Origin: Chloroflexota bacterium
Lineage (GTDB): Bacteria; Chloroflexota; UBA11872; VXOZ01
Assembly (NCBI GenBank): GCA_963662335.2
Contig: CAXXVD010000002.1
Location: 768,001-832,000 of the forward strand
Reading direction: 5' to 3'
DNA: 64,000 nt
The notes under the pieces were generated by a model. It was not told where the DNA came from, ran no database searches, and saw nothing but the letters and a program-made list of their open reading frames with translations. Position 1 is the stretch's first letter. Each line of letters begins with the position of its first letter. Shown piece by piece: positions 1 to 12,286 of the stretch. The position numbers and the translations under genes were made by a program.

Positions 1-1
1 G

Positions 2-1684
2 CCGCACCAGGCGCTGCAAGAGGTTCTGGTCGGCGTCAGCGCCCACCGCCACCGCCGAGAGCGTAATGTGGTCGCGCCTCATGCGGGACATCAACGTTTC
101 CCAGAGGCCGGGCGCGGAGGTTGACTGGCCGTCCGTCACCAGGATGATGTGCTTCACCTGGGCCGGCGTGCGCCGCAGCGTGTCGTAGGCCAGTTGCAGG
201 GCATTGTAGATGTCGGTGCCGCCGCCGGCCTCGATGGTGGAGACGCGCCGCACCACGTTGCGGGCGTCCTCGGCGTCGTTCACCGGCGCGGGGCGCACCA
301 CCCACTGGGGCGAATACTCGAAAGCCAGCACGCCGAGCACGTCGCCGGCTTGCAAGATCTCCACCGCTTGCGCCGCCGCCTCCCGCGCCATGGCGATCTT
401 CGATACCGGCGAGCCTTCGTTCATGCTGCCCGACTTGTCGATGAGCAGCGCCAACGCCAAGGTGGGCAATTCCTCGTGGTCCGGCGGCTGCGAGATGACG
501 GGCAGCGCGTGTTCCAAGGGCGTGCCGCCGTAATCGCCCATGCCGAAGGCCGCGGCCCCGCCCAGCGCCACCAGACCGCCGCCAAAGCGCTGCACGTACG
601 CGCGCAGCGTTTCCATTTGCTGCTCGGTGAGCAGCGAAGCCGGCACGTTCACGAGCACGACACTGGAGACGTCGTCCAACTCTTCCGGGCGCGCCGGAAG
701 CTGGGCCGGCGTGACGTTCTGGGCGTGGATGCCGGCCGCCTGGAGCGCCTGGGTCAGAATCAACGCGTCCCCAACCATGCTTTCCACCACCAGCACCACG
801 CCTTTCGGTCCCACTTGCGCGTAGCCGTAGGCGTCGTTGTTCTGTGGACGCCGGTCGTCCGGCGCTACCACCTGGGCGCGAAAGGAGTAGAATCCTTCTG
901 CCACACCGGGCTGCTGGATCGTGAAGGCGTTTTGCCCGTATTCCAGCGTCACCGGCCCTTCGCTAACCAGCGTTTCGTTCATGAAGAGGCGCAGCACCGC
1001 CTCGCCGCGCAGGGTGGCAGTCACCGACACCCGCACCTCGAAGCTCTCCTCTTCGCGCAGAGCCTGGGGCGGGGCCACCTCGGTAACGGCCGCGTCCACC
1101 CCCGGTTCGGCCAAGAGCGGCACCACGTCCACCTGCACGCCCTGGGCCGCGACCACCTCCGCCGCGCGCATCACGTCGCCGGCCGTCTGGTTGCCGTCGG
1201 AGAGCAGCACGATGCGTTTCGGCGCGTCCGGCGGGAAGAACGACGCGGCCATCTCCAGCGCGTTGGCGATGTTCGTGCGCTCGTCCGGCGGCTGCGTCGC
1301 TTCGCTTTCGTCCGGCGCGCCGCGGCCGAACGGCTGCTCGATGCGCGTCTCCGCGCCAAACGTCAAGAGGGCAAAGCTGTCGTCCGGCGCGCGCGCCGCG
1401 GCCGCCCTTTCGATCCATTGGCGCGCGGCGGACTGGGTTGCCGGTAGCACACTGGCCGACGTATCCAGCAGGAAGATCGTATTGACCGGCCCGCCCGGTA
1501 CCGGCAACCGCAACCCGGCCAGCGCCGCAATGAGCAGCGTAACCGCCAGCAGCCGCAGCGCCGTAGCCAGAACCAGCGTGCGCCGCGAAAGCTGCGTCAC
1601 GCCCTGCCTGGCAACCACGACGACAAGCGCCCAAACGAGCGGGATAAGCAGCAACAGCCACGGCTGTGTAAAGTAGTCAAGCAT
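2..1684 (-). CDS. vWA-domain membrane protein (two vWA domains plus GATase-like region), truncated by left window edge
   Basis: Not in the ORF track because it runs off the edge. Read manually from ATG at 1684: MLDYFTQPWLLLL..., N-terminal hydrophobic helices, MIDAS-like 'FLLDTSASV', 'IVLLSDG', and a second 'LLIDKSGSM'. Lies 2 nt downstream of the preceding vWA gene. Confidence 0.85.
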   Translation of the reverse strand, partial: MLDYFTQPWLLLLIPLVWALVVVVARQGVTQLSRRTLVLATALRLLAVTLLIAALAGLRLPVPGGPVNTIFLLDTSASVLPATQSAARQWIERAAAARAPDDSFALLTFGAETRIEQPFGRGAPDESEATQPPDERTNIANALEMAASFFPPDAPKRIVLLSDGNQTAGDVMRAAEVVAAQGVQVDVVPLLAEPGVDAAVTEVAPPQALREEESFEVRVSVTATLRGEAVLRLFMNETLVSEGPVTLEYGQNAFTIQQPGVAEGFYSFRAQVVAPDDRRPQNNDAYGYAQVGPKGVVLVVESMVGDALILTQALQAAGIHAQNVTPAQLPARPEELDDVSSVVLVNVPASLLTEQQMETLRAYVQRFGGGLVALGGAAAFGMGDYGGTPLEHALPVISQPPDHEELPTLALALLIDKSGSMNEGSPVSKIAMAREAAAQAVEILQAGDVLGVLAFEYSPQWVVRPAPVNDAEDARNVVRRVSTIEAGGGTDIYNALQLAYDTLRRTPAQVKHIILVTDGQSTSAPGLWETLMSRMRRDHITLSAVAVGADADQNLLQRLVR

Positions 1685-1686
1685 CG

Positions 1687-3552
1687 TTACGTGCGCACCC
1701 GGTGGTACCAGACCCACTCACAGAGCAAGAGCGCGAGCGCGAGCAACGCCAGGTACCGCCAGATTTCTTGGAAGACGGGCAATTCGACCGGCGGCACGGA
1801 CGCCGCGCCGCCCGCGAGCGCGGGCAACTGCGCTCCAACGTTCGCTTCCGCGCCCGCGGCGGAGCCGGCCGGCTCCTGAAGGCTAACGATGAAGATCTCG
1901 CGGTAGATTTCTTGCTCGCCCGCATAGTGCGCCACCCGGTAGACGCCCAGTTCCGCCGTGGCGGAGAAGGGGATGCGCTGCCTGCCCGCGAACGAGACGC
2001 GCCCGCCGCCCGGCTGCTCCACCACCAGGCGGTCGGCGTGAGGATGCAGGCCGAGTTCGATCACGTCCTGCGGCTGCACGTGGGTAACCGCCTCTTGCAT
2101 GCGGTAGGGGTTGAGCCACTGGTAGACGTTCCCCATCAGCACCGGAAAGGCCGTGCGCAGCGGCAGGTTGCTCTCCATGAGCGAGAACGTGAAGACCACC
2201 ATGCGCCGCCCGTCGTAGGCGCCGCTGAAGAGCAGCGGCCCGCGATTGCTGCCAATGAGTTCGTCGGCCCAGGCGGGCAGTTCCAGCCGCTGCGCGCGGG
2301 AGACACGCAGATCGCGGACGTCCACGAACCGCATGAGGTCGTGCTCCGGCGCCACGAATGCCACCGGCGGTTCCAGTATCTCGCCGGTCACCGCCAGCAA
2401 CGGCGCGCCGGCCGGCGGATCGAAGATCAACCAGTTGCCGGGCGGCAGCGCGGCCGGCAGCCAGCCGTCGAAGATGTAGAGGTCGTAGACGTCCGCGGGC
2501 CGAAACTCCACCGGACGCACGTGGTCCAGCGCGAGATGCGGAAACGAGCCGAACACGGTGCTGAGAAAGAAGGGCGTATCCGAGACCAGGAGCGCGCGCA
2601 GCACGGGCGGCGGATTGAGCATAGCCGCCGCGCGGTCGTCCGCCGCCAGCGCGTCCTCGTGATCCAGCACCGCGTCCACGCGCGCGGTTTCGGCCGGAAA
2701 ATCGCCAAAGACGACGTCCAGCGAGGAACCCGCCTGCGGGTAGGGAGCCAACGTGATCTCGCGCCGCTCCAGCGGCTGCCCGTCCGCCAGAATTGCCAGC
2801 GGCACGGTGGCGGCCTGCGGGCTGTAGTTCTGCACCTGCACGAACGCCTGGAGGCTGTCCGCGCGCCGGCGGACGGCGAAGGCGCTTATGCCTTGGTTGG
2901 CCGCCGGCGCGCCCACCCGTACGAAATAGACCGTCGCGTTGAGCGACTCGGGCATGACCGGCGCGCCAAAGCTGCCGTCGGTGTAGAGGTAAACCTCGCT
3001 GCCGGGCAGGGAATCGGCCAGCGAAACCGCCAGTTGCAGAGTGCGTTCCGTAGCGCCGACAGTCGCCGTCTGCGTAATGCTCTCGATGGCGGCGCGCGCG
3101 GCCTCCCTATCCGGTGTCTGGTACGCAAGCACCGCGGGCTGATTGTCGAAACTCACCACGGTGAGCCGATCGCCCGGTTCGCTGATTGCAATCTGTTCCA
3201 GCGCGGCGGCTTGCGCCGCTTCCAACCGCGTTGCGTCGCCGTATGCCACGCTCATGCTGGCGGAGGCGTCGATGAGGTGCACCACGTGCCGCTGCGGCAG
3301 GGTATTCGCCGTGCGCTCTGGCCGCGCCAGCACCAAAGCCAGCAAGAGGATCGCCAGCAGTTGCAAGAGCAGCAGGAGGTGACGCCGCAGCCGTTGCCAG
3401 AGCGTGAGCGCCTGCTCGCGCTGCACCAGGTCGCGCCAGAGGAAGACGCTGGGCACCTCCACGCGCAGGCTGCGCGGCCGCAAGATGTAGAAGAGCAGCA
3501 CCAGCCCCGCGAGCGCCGCCCACGCCAGCGCCAATGGAACCAGCAAACTCAT
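1687..3552 (-). CDS. BatA/vWA domain membrane protein
   Basis: Start reassigned to MSLLVPLALAW (ATG 3552, overlapping the DUF58 stop). BatA-like 'LFYILRPR..VPSVFLW', 'LIDASASM' MIDAS, C-terminal 'LLLCEW' helix. Confidence 0.85.
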   Translation of the reverse strand: MSLLVPLALAWAALAGLVLLFYILRPRSLRVEVPSVFLWRDLVQREQALTLWQRLRRHLLLLLQLLAILLLALVLARPERTANTLPQRHVVHLIDASASMSVAYGDATRLEAAQAAALEQIAISEPGDRLTVVSFDNQPAVLAYQTPDREAARAAIESITQTATVGATERTLQLAVSLADSLPGSEVYLYTDGSFGAPVMPESLNATVYFVRVGAPAANQGISAFAVRRRADSLQAFVQVQNYSPQAATVPLAILADGQPLERREITLAPYPQAGSSLDVVFGDFPAETARVDAVLDHEDALAADDRAAAMLNPPPVLRALLVSDTPFFLSTVFGSFPHLALDHVRPVEFRPADVYDLYIFDGWLPAALPPGNWLIFDPPAGAPLLAVTGEILEPPVAFVAPEHDLMRFVDVRDLRVSRAQRLELPAWADELIGSNRGPLLFSGAYDGRRMVVFTFSLMESNLPLRTAFPVLMGNVYQWLNPYRMQEAVTHVQPQDVIELGLHPHADRLVVEQPGGGRVSFAGRQRIPFSATAELGVYRVAHYAGEQEIYREIFIVSLQEPAGSAAGAEANVGAQLPALAGGAASVPPVELPVFQEIWRYLALLALALLLCEWVWYHRVRT

Positions 3553-4432
3553 AGTACGACTCTCCGCAACAGCCGCTGGAACACCACCTCTTCCAGCGGC
3601 CAGGAGGTTTCCAGCCGCACGTAGCGCGCGTTGCGCCGGCCGCAGAACGTCTCGAGCTGGTCGGCCCAGGCCAGGGCGTGCTCCCGGTACTGGTTGAGGG
3701 TTTCCGCGTCCGCCGCCACGTTGATCGTCCGGCCCGTTTCCCGGTCCACCAGGCTCAACTCGCCGTTCAGTTGCGGATCGATCTCCGCCCAATCGAGCAC
3801 GTGCAGCACCACGAGTTCGTGTCCGCCCTCTTGAATCGCCGTAATGCCCCGGTAGGCGTCCTCGGTCATCATGTCGGAAATCAGAATCACCAGGCCGCGC
3901 TGGGCGTTGCGGGCCGTGTAGTTGCGCATGGCCGCCACCAGGGACGTGGCGCCGCTCACCGGCTCCGCCTGCTCCAGAAAGTCGAAGTAGCGCAGGATGA
4001 AGGCTCTCCCCTGGGCCGGCGCGAAATACTGGGTGATCGACTCGCTGAATACCGCCGCGGCGAGCACGTCGTCCCGGTTCAGCGCAATGTAGCCCAGGCT
4101 GCCGGCCAGCGACTTGGCGTAGGCAAATTTGTTCTGCCGGCCCCAATCCATCGAGCGGCTGCCGTCCACCAGCACGTGCACGGCCAGGTGCTCTTCGGCT
4201 TCGCGCAGCTTGATGTACAGGCGGTTCGAGCGTCCGAAGACGTTCCAGTCCACGTGGCGAAAGTCGTCGCCGGGGCTGTAGTTGCGGTAGTCGGCGAACT
4301 CGATCGAGGAGCCGAACTGCCGGCTGCGCCGCCCGCCGCCGCTCACCACGCCGTAGCCGCGCCGGCTGAGCAGTTGCAGCCGGTCCAGCCGCCGCAGAAA
4401 GGCGTGGTCGATCAGGGCCGCGGGACTCGCCT

Positions 4433-4436
<4 letters not shown>
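3549..4436 (-). CDS. DUF58 family protein
   Basis: 'GSSIEFADYRNYSPGDDFRHVDWN', 'VLVDGSRSM', 'LISD' motifs; directly follows moxR. Confidence 0.92.
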
Positions 4437-5430
<994 letters not shown>

Positions 5431-5434
<4 letters not shown>

Positions 5435-7128
5435 GGCGCTTGCTCCAGGGCGTTTGAGAGGGCGTTGAAGTACTGTTGGACGTAGTCGGCGACCGTCCAG
5501 GGCACGAAGTGGCTCGCGCCGCCGGTGGAGACGATGGCGTTGCCGGCGTCGGTCACGCCGTACTGCGCCGGCGCCGTGCCCGGACCGGGTACCGCCACCG
5601 GCGCGCGCTGCGGCGACCAGCGCGAGGGGCCGACGCCTCTATCCGCCAGCACGACCGACGGCTTCTGCGCGATCTGCAAGCGCGGCGCTTCCGGCCCCGG
5701 TTGGAAGGATTCCTCGCCTTGGTTACCGCCGCCCTGGCTGGGGCCGCCGCCGGGGGCGGATTGAAGTTGCCACGAATCTTGCTGCTGTGACTGCCCGGCC
5801 TCCTCCGTCACACCGGCCGTATTGAAGGCCTGTTGCGCCTGCGCTTGCTGCTGCTCCCCGCCCGGCTGCGCGCCCGCTTCCTCGCCGCCGGCGCCGGCGC
5901 GCAGTTGCTCCGCCTGCGCCTCCAACTGCTGCTGCGCCCGGATGCGCTGTCCCCGCTCCTCGATGGCATCGCCAAGCTCCTGGAGTTCGCGCTCCGTTGC
6001 CCGGTCGTTGTAGGAAGCGACCTCCCGGCTCACGTCCGCCAACTCCTGGGCCAGCCGCGGATCGACCGGCTCGGCGCGCTCGGCGGCCTTGGCAAAGGCG
6101 TCGGTCATGTCGTTACGATCCTCGCGCGAGAGATCGCGCACGTTGCGCGCCAAATCCTCCAGGGCTTGCGCCGCCTGCTCGAAGTTGCCTTGCTCGAGAC
6201 TCTGCCCGGCGCTCCGTGACGGCTGCGCCTGTGCGAGTTCCCGTCCGACCTCCGCCAGGGCGGTCTGCTGCTCGTTGACGTGGGGATTGCGTGATTCCTC
6301 CAACTGCTGGGCAAGGTCGCTGAGACTCGCCTCACCCTCTCCACGCTCCCCGGCCGCTCCCTCTTCCGTCGCCTCGCCTTGCTGTCCGGCGTTCTGTTGT
6401 TGGGCATTGTCAGCCTGCGTCAGCAGCGGCTGCAATTGCTCGGGTTGCGCCGCTTGCTCCGCATCCGGTTCCACGAGTTCCCCGGCGCCGCCGCTTTGGG
6501 ATTCTTCAGCCACCACCAGCGCATCGGGCGCGGCGGGTTCAGCCAGCGTGCCCTCGCGCGCGGCGGCTACCTGGTGCGCCAGGGGCGCGAGCGGCGCAAG
6601 CTGGCCGCCCATGTAGGGAAAGACCTCCCAGAAGAAGAGCGCCGCCAGACCCACGACCAGCAGGAGCGCGTCCACGCGCGGGATGCGCAGGGGAAACACC
6701 CGCCGGGGTTGGATCTCCTGCGCGTGGCGCCAGGCGTCTTCGAGTTGCACGCCGCGGAACGGGTTGGCGCTGGCGCTTTCCGATAACTCTACCGCCGTGG
6801 CCAGGCGCGCGGACAACGCCAGGCGCGCGTCGTAGGCCCGGGCAACGTCCAGCGCGGTGCGCCGCCGCGCGAGAACCGGGACCACCATCGCCGCAAAGAG
6901 GCCGGCCGCCAGCACAAGACTGAGCGTAAAGACGGGAAACTGCGGCGTGAACACCGAACCGCCAAAGGAAAGCGCCACGTAGAGCAAGGCCGCCAACCAC
7001 AACGCCCGCGCGCCCCGCCGCACCACGGCGCGCAACCGCAGCCTACGGCCAATCTGCCGCAGGCGCTGGCCGTAGGCCGCCGCGGCGGCCACGCCGGAGC
7101 CGGAGAATTCAGCAGTTGATGTTGCCAA
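5431..7128 (-). CDS. Membrane-anchored Q/E-rich coiled-coil protein, first gene of the MoxR-vWA operon
   Basis: N-terminal transmembrane segments, 'RLATAVE' motif, long Q/E-rich helical region, C-terminal 'YVQQYF'; 4-nt overlap with moxR. TTG start is uncertain. Confidence 0.75.
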
Positions 7129-7338
7129 GATTGCCGCTTCCTAGACCCCAGTGACGGCTCGAATGCGGGCGGCGGCGTGAACGCGGGCGGCTGCGGGGAT
7201 TCACCGCGCCGCGGCGCAACCCCGGCGCGGCATCGCCCTGCCTGCGCGCGGCTCGCGGGCGCGTTGGGCAATCTGCCCCGGCACTGCCCGCTGCCTCAAT
7301 CTTACCCTAGTGCCAAGTGCGCGTAAACGCAGCCGTGA

Positions 7339-7367
7339 TTGAAGCGCCGCAATCGCTGTGCTACCAT
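7339..7367 (+). promoter_or_regulatory. Candidate sigma70 promoter for acs
   Basis: TTGAAG-17 nt-TACCAT with a TGn extended -10, about 60 nt upstream of the acs start. Confidence 0.45.
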
Positions 7368-7429
7368 GACAGCCAAATATGCCCCACCGTAACGAGCACT
7401 TTTCGCTGTGTTGATTGCAGGAGGACACG

Positions 7430-9391
7430 ATGGCAGCAGAATCCGGCAGCACGATCGAAGCCCTATTGGAAGAGCAGCGCCTCTTTTCTCCACCGGAAGA
7501 GTTCGCCAAGAACGCCTACGTCAATGACGATGCCGTATTCGCGCAAGCCGCCGCCGATCCGGAAGCCTTCTGGGCCTCTATCGCGTCGGAGTTGCACTGG
7601 TTCAAGAAGTGGGACCAGGTGCTGGATGAATCCGATCCGCCGTTCTTCAAGTGGTTCGTCGGCGGCAAGCTCAACATCACCTACAACTGCATCGATCGCC
7701 ACCTGAACTCCTGGCGGCGCAACAAAGCCGCCATCATCTGGGAGGGCGAGCCGGGCGACCAGGTTGTCCTCACCTACTACGACCTCTGGCGCGAAGTCAG
7801 CAAGTTCGCCAACGCCCTCAAGGGCCTGGGCGTGAAGAAGGGCGACCGGGTGACGCTCTACATGGGCATGGTGCCGGAACTGGCAATCGCCATGCTTGCC
7901 TGCGCCCGCATCGGCGCGCCGCACAGCATCGTCTTCGGCGGCTTCAGCGCGGAAGCCCTGGCCGACCGCATCAATGACGCCCAGGGGAACGTGCTTGTCA
8001 CGTGCGACGGCGGCTGGCGGCGGGGCGGCATCGTGCCCCTGAAGCAGATGGCCGACGAGGCCGTGGAACGCTGCCCCACCATCGAAAACGTAGTCGTCGT
8101 GAAGCGCATCGGCGATGAAGCCGGTATCGAAATGAAAGAGGGCCGCGACCACTGGTGGCACGAACTGATGGCGGATGCTGATCTTCGCTGCGAGCCGGAA
8201 GAGATGGACGCCGAGGACATGCTCTACATCCTCTACACCAGCGGCACCACCGGCAAGCCCAAGGGCATCGTGCACACCACCGGCGGCTACTCCACGCAGA
8301 CCTACCTCACCACCAAGTGGGTCTTCGACATGAAAGACGACGACGTCTACTGGTGCACGGCGGACATCGGCTGGGTCACCGGCCACTCCTACATCATCTA
8401 CGGCCCGCTGCAGAACGGCGCAACGACGGTCATGTACGAGGGCGCGCCGGACTTTCCGGGCCGCGACCGCTTCTGGGACGTGGTGGAGAAGTACGGCGTC
8501 ACCATTCTCTACACCGCGCCGACCGCCATCCGCGCCTTCATGCGCTGGGGCGAGGAGTATCCGGCAATGCACGATATGTCGAGCCTGCGCCTGCTCGGCT
8601 CGGTGGGCGAACCGATCAACCCGGAAGCCTGGATTTGGTACCACGAGAACATCGGCGGCGAACGCTGTCCGATCGTGGACACCTGGTGGCAGACCGAAAC
8701 CGGCGCGATTCTGATCACGCCGTTGCCCGGCTACACCACCACCAAGCCCGGCTCAGCCACCCGCACGTTCCCCGGCATCCAGGCGGCCATCTTGGACGAG
8801 GCCGGCAACGAGGTGCCGGAGGGCGGCGGCTACCTGGTCATTCAACGTCCGTGGCCCTCGATGCTGCGCACGATCTACGGCGACCCGGAACGCTTCAAGG
8901 ACCAGTACTGGAGCCGCTACCCCGGCATCTACTTCACCGGCGACGGCGCTAAGGTCGATTCAGACGGCTATTACTGGGTGCTGGGCCGGGTGGACGACGT
9001 GATGAACGTGGCCGGGCACCGCCTCTCGACGATGGAAATCGAGAGCGCGCTGGTGGACCACCAGTCGGTGGCGGAAGCGGCCGTGATCGGCAAGACCCAC
9101 GAACTGAAAGGCCAGGCGGTCTCGGCGTTCGTGCTCCTGAAAGAGGGCATCGACCCGGGCGATACGCTGCTGGACGAACTGAAGAAGCACGTGGCGCAGA
9201 AGATTGGGCCGATTGCGCGCCCCGACGACATCTTCTTCACTGCCGACCTGCCCAAGACCCGCAGCGGCAAGATCATGCGCCGCCTCCTGCGCGACGTGGC
9301 CGAAGGCCGCGCCCTGGGCGATACGACGACGCTGCTGGACGCCAACGTGGTGGAGAACCTGCGCGGGCAGTACGAGGATTCCGAGGGCTAA
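7430..9391 (+). CDS. acs: Acetyl-CoA synthetase
   Basis: '[11 protein letters not shown]', 'WCTADIGW', 'DTWWQTETG', '[12 protein letters not shown]'; GGAGG RBS before ATG 7430. Confidence 0.97.
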   Translation: MAAESGSTIEALLEEQRLFSPPEEFAKNAYVNDDAVFAQAAADPEAFWASIASELHWFKKWDQVLDESDPPFFKWFVGGKLNITYNCIDRHLNSWRRNKAAIIWEGEPGDQVVLTYYDLWREVSKFANALKGLGVKKGDRVTLYMGMVPELAIAMLACARIGAPHSIVFGGFSAEALADRINDAQGNVLVTCDGGWRRGGIVPLKQMADEAVERCPTIENVVVVKRIGDEAGIEMKEGRDHWWHELMADADLRCEPEEMDAEDMLYILYTSGTTGKPKGIVHTTGGYSTQTYLTTKWVFDMKDDDVYWCTADIGWVTGHSYIIYGPLQNGATTVMYEGAPDFPGRDRFWDVVEKYGVTILYTAPTAIRAFMRWGEEYPAMHDMSSLRLLGSVGEPINPEAWIWYHENIGGERCPIVDTWWQTETGAILITPLPGYTTTKPGSATRTFPGIQAAILDEAGNEVPEGGGYLVIQRPWPSMLRTIYGDPERFKDQYWSRYPGIYFTGDGAKVDSDGYYWVLGRVDDVMNVAGHRLSTMEIESALVDHQSVAEAAVIGKTHELKGQAVSAFVLLKEGIDPGDTLLDELKKHVAQKIGPIARPDDIFFTADLPKTRSGKIMRRLLRDVAEGRALGDTTTLLDANVVENLRGQYEDSEG

Positions 9392-9506
9392 CGACGAGCG
9401 GGCTGCCGATATTACATTTAGGCGCGAGTTGAAGTGCAACGGCAACAACGGGCTTCGCGAAAACGTCGTGGAGCCCGTTGTTTCGTCTTACCGTGCTCAC
9501 GCTTCA

Positions 9507-9699
9507 TGTCATTCCGAGCGTAGCGAGGAATCTAGAGCGCAGCGAGGGATTCATAGCGTAGCGCGGGGGCTTGTCCCCCGCAAACGCGCAAATCTCCGTT
9601 CGTGCTGAGCTTGTCGAAGCATGAACGGAGCCTTGCCCGTTCTGAGTCTCTGCGCGCGCAACCCGCCGTTCACCCTTCGACGCCGCTCAGGGCGAACGG
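9507..9699. repeat. Mosaic cluster of palindromic repeats (families B, A, F)
   Basis: tgtcattccgagcgtagcgaggaatct (9507), gtagcgcgggggcttgtcccccgc (9558-9581), and an inverted pair ccgttcgtgctgagcttgtcgaag / cttcgacgccgctcagggcgaacgg. Confidence 0.8.
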
Positions 9700-9843
9700 C
9701 TTGGTGGACGACTATCCTCGGTTGGCAACTCTCTTGGTATAAAAAAACTCCGCTGCCCAGGCAACGGAGGATCATCCAAGCGAGAAAATGTCCTGCGAGA
9801 GCGACCTGCGAAAATGTCGGCGCGGAGAGCACTCGCGCGGCCT

Positions 9844-10221
9844 CTACTTCACGGCAACGCCGCCGCCGGACGCCACGGCATCTTCGACAACCGGATTGAG
9901 CCACCGTTCGCCGTACGCGCGCATCACTTCCAGCACCGGCACCAGGGCGGCGCCTTTTTCGGTCAGGGCGTACTCCACGCGCGGCGGAATTTCGGCGTAG
10001 GCGCGGCGGGTGATGATCTGCTCTTCTTCCAGCGTACGGAGGCGTTCGACGAGGGTATTGGGGCTAATGCCCTCGAGGGAGCGTTCCAGGGTGCAGAAGC
10101 GCTGGGGGCAGGCGGCGAGGTCGCGCAGGATGAGGAGCGTCCAGCGCCCGCAAATCAAAGACGCGGTGCGCGCAATGGCGCATTCGGCATCCCTGTCGGA
10201 ACAGCGCGTGGACATGGCCAT
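9844..10221 (-). CDS. HxlR family winged-helix transcriptional regulator
   Basis: 'CAIARTASLICGRWTLLIL..L', 'GISPNTLVERLRTLEE', 'PPRVEYALTEKG'; GGAG RBS before ATG 10221. Confidence 0.9.
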   Translation of the reverse strand: MAMSTRCSDRDAECAIARTASLICGRWTLLILRDLAACPQRFCTLERSLEGISPNTLVERLRTLEEEQIITRRAYAEIPPRVEYALTEKGAALVPVLEVMRAYGERWLNPVVEDAVASGGGVAVK

Positions 10222-10484
10222 GCTTGCACTCCACTGTGGGCGGACTGCCCGCCCGTGCGTTCGCGCCACTTCGATTCGATTGTAGCGCAGTTTTGGCATG
10301 ACGGTCAAACGACCGGCCGCTTGCACTGCGCGACAGCATTGGGGCTTGTTTGCCAAGAGGCGGGGGACAAGCCCCCGCGCTACGTTAGTGATTGACAGTC
10401 CATGTCACTCCGAGCGCAGCGAGGAGTCTCGTGCCGTGCTCTAGGCAGTCTGCAGCTCCAGCACACGAGATTCCTCACTGCGCT

Positions 10485-10624
10485 GCGCTCCGTTCGGAAT
10501 GACAGGAATGCCGCGCTCCGTTCGGAATGACAAGAAAGCCGCGTTCCGTTCGGAAGGACAGGAGTGTTGCGCTTCGTTCGGAGTGACAAAAGTGTTGCGC
10601 TCCGTTCGGAATGACAAAAGTGCC
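10485..10624. repeat. Tandem array, 5 x 28 bp (20-bp gcgctccgttcggaatgaca core + 8-nt linker)
   Basis: Cores start at 10485, 10513, 10541, 10569 and 10597; they are an expansion of the family-B repeat arm. Confidence 0.9.
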
Positions 10625-10714
10625 AATACAACAAAACGGTCAAGCCTAAAGCCACCGAGGCCGAAGCAAGTTGCAGTTGACGACTCTACCCGCCATGCGC
10701 TATAAGAAATCGGG

Positions 10715-11209
10715 GTGGCACAGAAGTGTAGGTGCGCTTTGGCAATACGGCTTGGCATACGAATACTTGTCCTCCTTGTAATCTGCCTGGTACCGGCAAC
10801 ACCGGCTGCGGCCTTCTCATTCGTTGTCGAGCAAGAAGACGGCACGTTGACGAACCTGACGCGCTTCCGGCCGCCGGCCTTCCGGCGCGATCTTTCGGAA
10901 TATACCGTAATCCAGGTGGAGTACGGCAACGCCACGTACTACCATCCGTCGCTGCACGGCGGCACCATGGCCAACGGCGAAATCTACAGCCGTTACGACC
11001 CCATCATTGCCGCCAGCCCGTTCTTCCCGCTGGGATCCGTGGTGCGCGTCACCCGGCTTGCGACCGGGGCGAGCATCGTCGTCATCGTGAAAGACCGCGC
11101 GCCGTCGCCGGGCTTCATGTGGATCGACCTGAGCGAAGCGGCGTTCATCCAGTTGGCGCCCTTCATCACCGGCCGCTTCGACGTGCAAATCGAAATCCTG
11201 AGCAAGTGA
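10715..11209 (+). CDS. RlpA-like (DPBB) secreted lytic transglycosylase family protein
   Basis: Signal-peptide-like N-terminus; 'ATYY...HGGTMANGE', 'PLGSVVRVT', 'VKDR', 'IDLSEAAF'. Candidate promoter TTGACG-18-TATAAG at 10677-10706. Confidence 0.85.
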   Translation: MAQKCRCALAIRLGIRILVLLVICLVPATPAAAFSFVVEQEDGTLTNLTRFRPPAFRRDLSEYTVIQVEYGNATYYHPSLHGGTMANGEIYSRYDPIIAASPFFPLGSVVRVTRLATGASIVVIVKDRAPSPGFMWIDLSEAAFIQLAPFITGRFDVQIEILSK

Positions 11210-11243
11210 CCGCAGCCTACGTTTCGCGCCACCTCGCACTGTC

Positions 11244-12212
11244 ATGAAAACTACCGCGCACGCCATCGAACCGCTTACGCCCGTGCCTGAGCACGTGCTC
11301 GGCGTCCGCGAAGAGCTAAACCTGCTCACGTACGGCCCCAGCGAGATTCTGCTTGCCACGGCCGGCGGCGAGATTGCCGGCGCGGTGCGCCTGGCGCTGC
11401 GGGAGGACCCGCGCCGCCGCCACGGCCTCATCGCCGACCTGGCCGCGCACGAGGACTACGACCGCAAGGCGATTGCCGCAGACCTCATCGCCGCCGCCGA
11501 GGAGCGCCTGAAGGCGCGGGGCGTGACCAAGATCGACGCGATCGTGCGCGATGGCGAGGGCGCCACCGTGCCTTTCTACGAGCGCGGCTACTGGGCCGCC
11601 CGCAAGATGGTGCTGCTGACGTGGGACCTCGGCGGACTCGAAGCGCTTGAGTCGAGCGACGAATTTTCGATTGAAGAGCACGCCGCGCCCGACCCGGCGT
11701 TCCTCACGGACTTCGCGCTCGAAAGCTACCAACCCTACTGGCGCTGGTGGAAAGAGTATAAAGAGGACACGCGCTGGCACCGGGTGGAATACCCGGCTGA
11801 GCCGGAAGCGCCGCCGAGCGCGGAACTCGCCCAGGAGATGCGTGACCGCGTGGCGGCGCGTGTTGCTGCGTTCGGCGGGGCCGCGCCGCAGACGCTTTTT
11901 ACCGCGCGGCTGGACGGCGAGGTAGTGGCTCTCTGCGACGCCAAAGCCGCGGCGGACGACGTCACGTTCGATTGGGGCCTCCTCGTGCGCCGGGACTATG
12001 GCGGACGCCGCATCGGCTCGGCCCTGCTCGGGCACGCGCTCCACTGGCTCAAGGCGCGGGGCCTGGAGACCGCGCGCATCGTCACCACCTCCGGCCTGGA
12101 CGACTATGATCCGACGGTCTATCTCTACGCCGCCGCCCACGGCGGCGCGATTAGGGCAGAATACCTGAACCTGGTGAAGAGACGGCTGCACAGCGGCAGC
12201 AGGCCGGGGTGA
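11244..12212 (+). CDS. Tandem-domain GNAT acetyltransferase
   Basis: Two GNAT-like halves: 'DYDRKAIAADLI...FYERGY' and 'DYGGRRIGSALL'. Confidence 0.75.
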   Translation: MKTTAHAIEPLTPVPEHVLGVREELNLLTYGPSEILLATAGGEIAGAVRLALREDPRRRHGLIADLAAHEDYDRKAIAADLIAAAEERLKARGVTKIDAIVRDGEGATVPFYERGYWAARKMVLLTWDLGGLEALESSDEFSIEEHAAPDPAFLTDFALESYQPYWRWWKEYKEDTRWHRVEYPAEPEAPPSAELAQEMRDRVAARVAAFGGAAPQTLFTARLDGEVVALCDAKAAADDVTFDWGLLVRRDYGGRRIGSALLGHALHWLKARGLETARIVTTSGLDDYDPTVYLYAAAHGGAIRAEYLNLVKRRLHSGSRPG

Positions 12213-12258
12213 GCGCTGCGGCTACGCGGCAAACACCGTTTCGGCCTTCATCGAAAAC

Positions 12259-12286
12259 TTGACGGGTGTGGCGAAGCGTGTACACT
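12259..12286 (+). promoter_or_regulatory. Candidate sigma70 promoter for the ABC transporter operon
   Basis: TTGACG-16 nt-TACACT, followed by a roughly 100-nt leader with a hairpin and a strong AGGAGG RBS. Confidence 0.45.

Noticed and set aside
10485-10624. Possible CRISPR array
   Set aside because: Linkers are only 8 nt and related to each other, the core is a dispersed REP-like arm, and there are no cas genes in the window.
10380-10935. ORFs with repeated 'LSFRTER' or 'HSERS' peptides (also 41745-41942)
   Set aside because: Translations of the repeat arrays, not genes.
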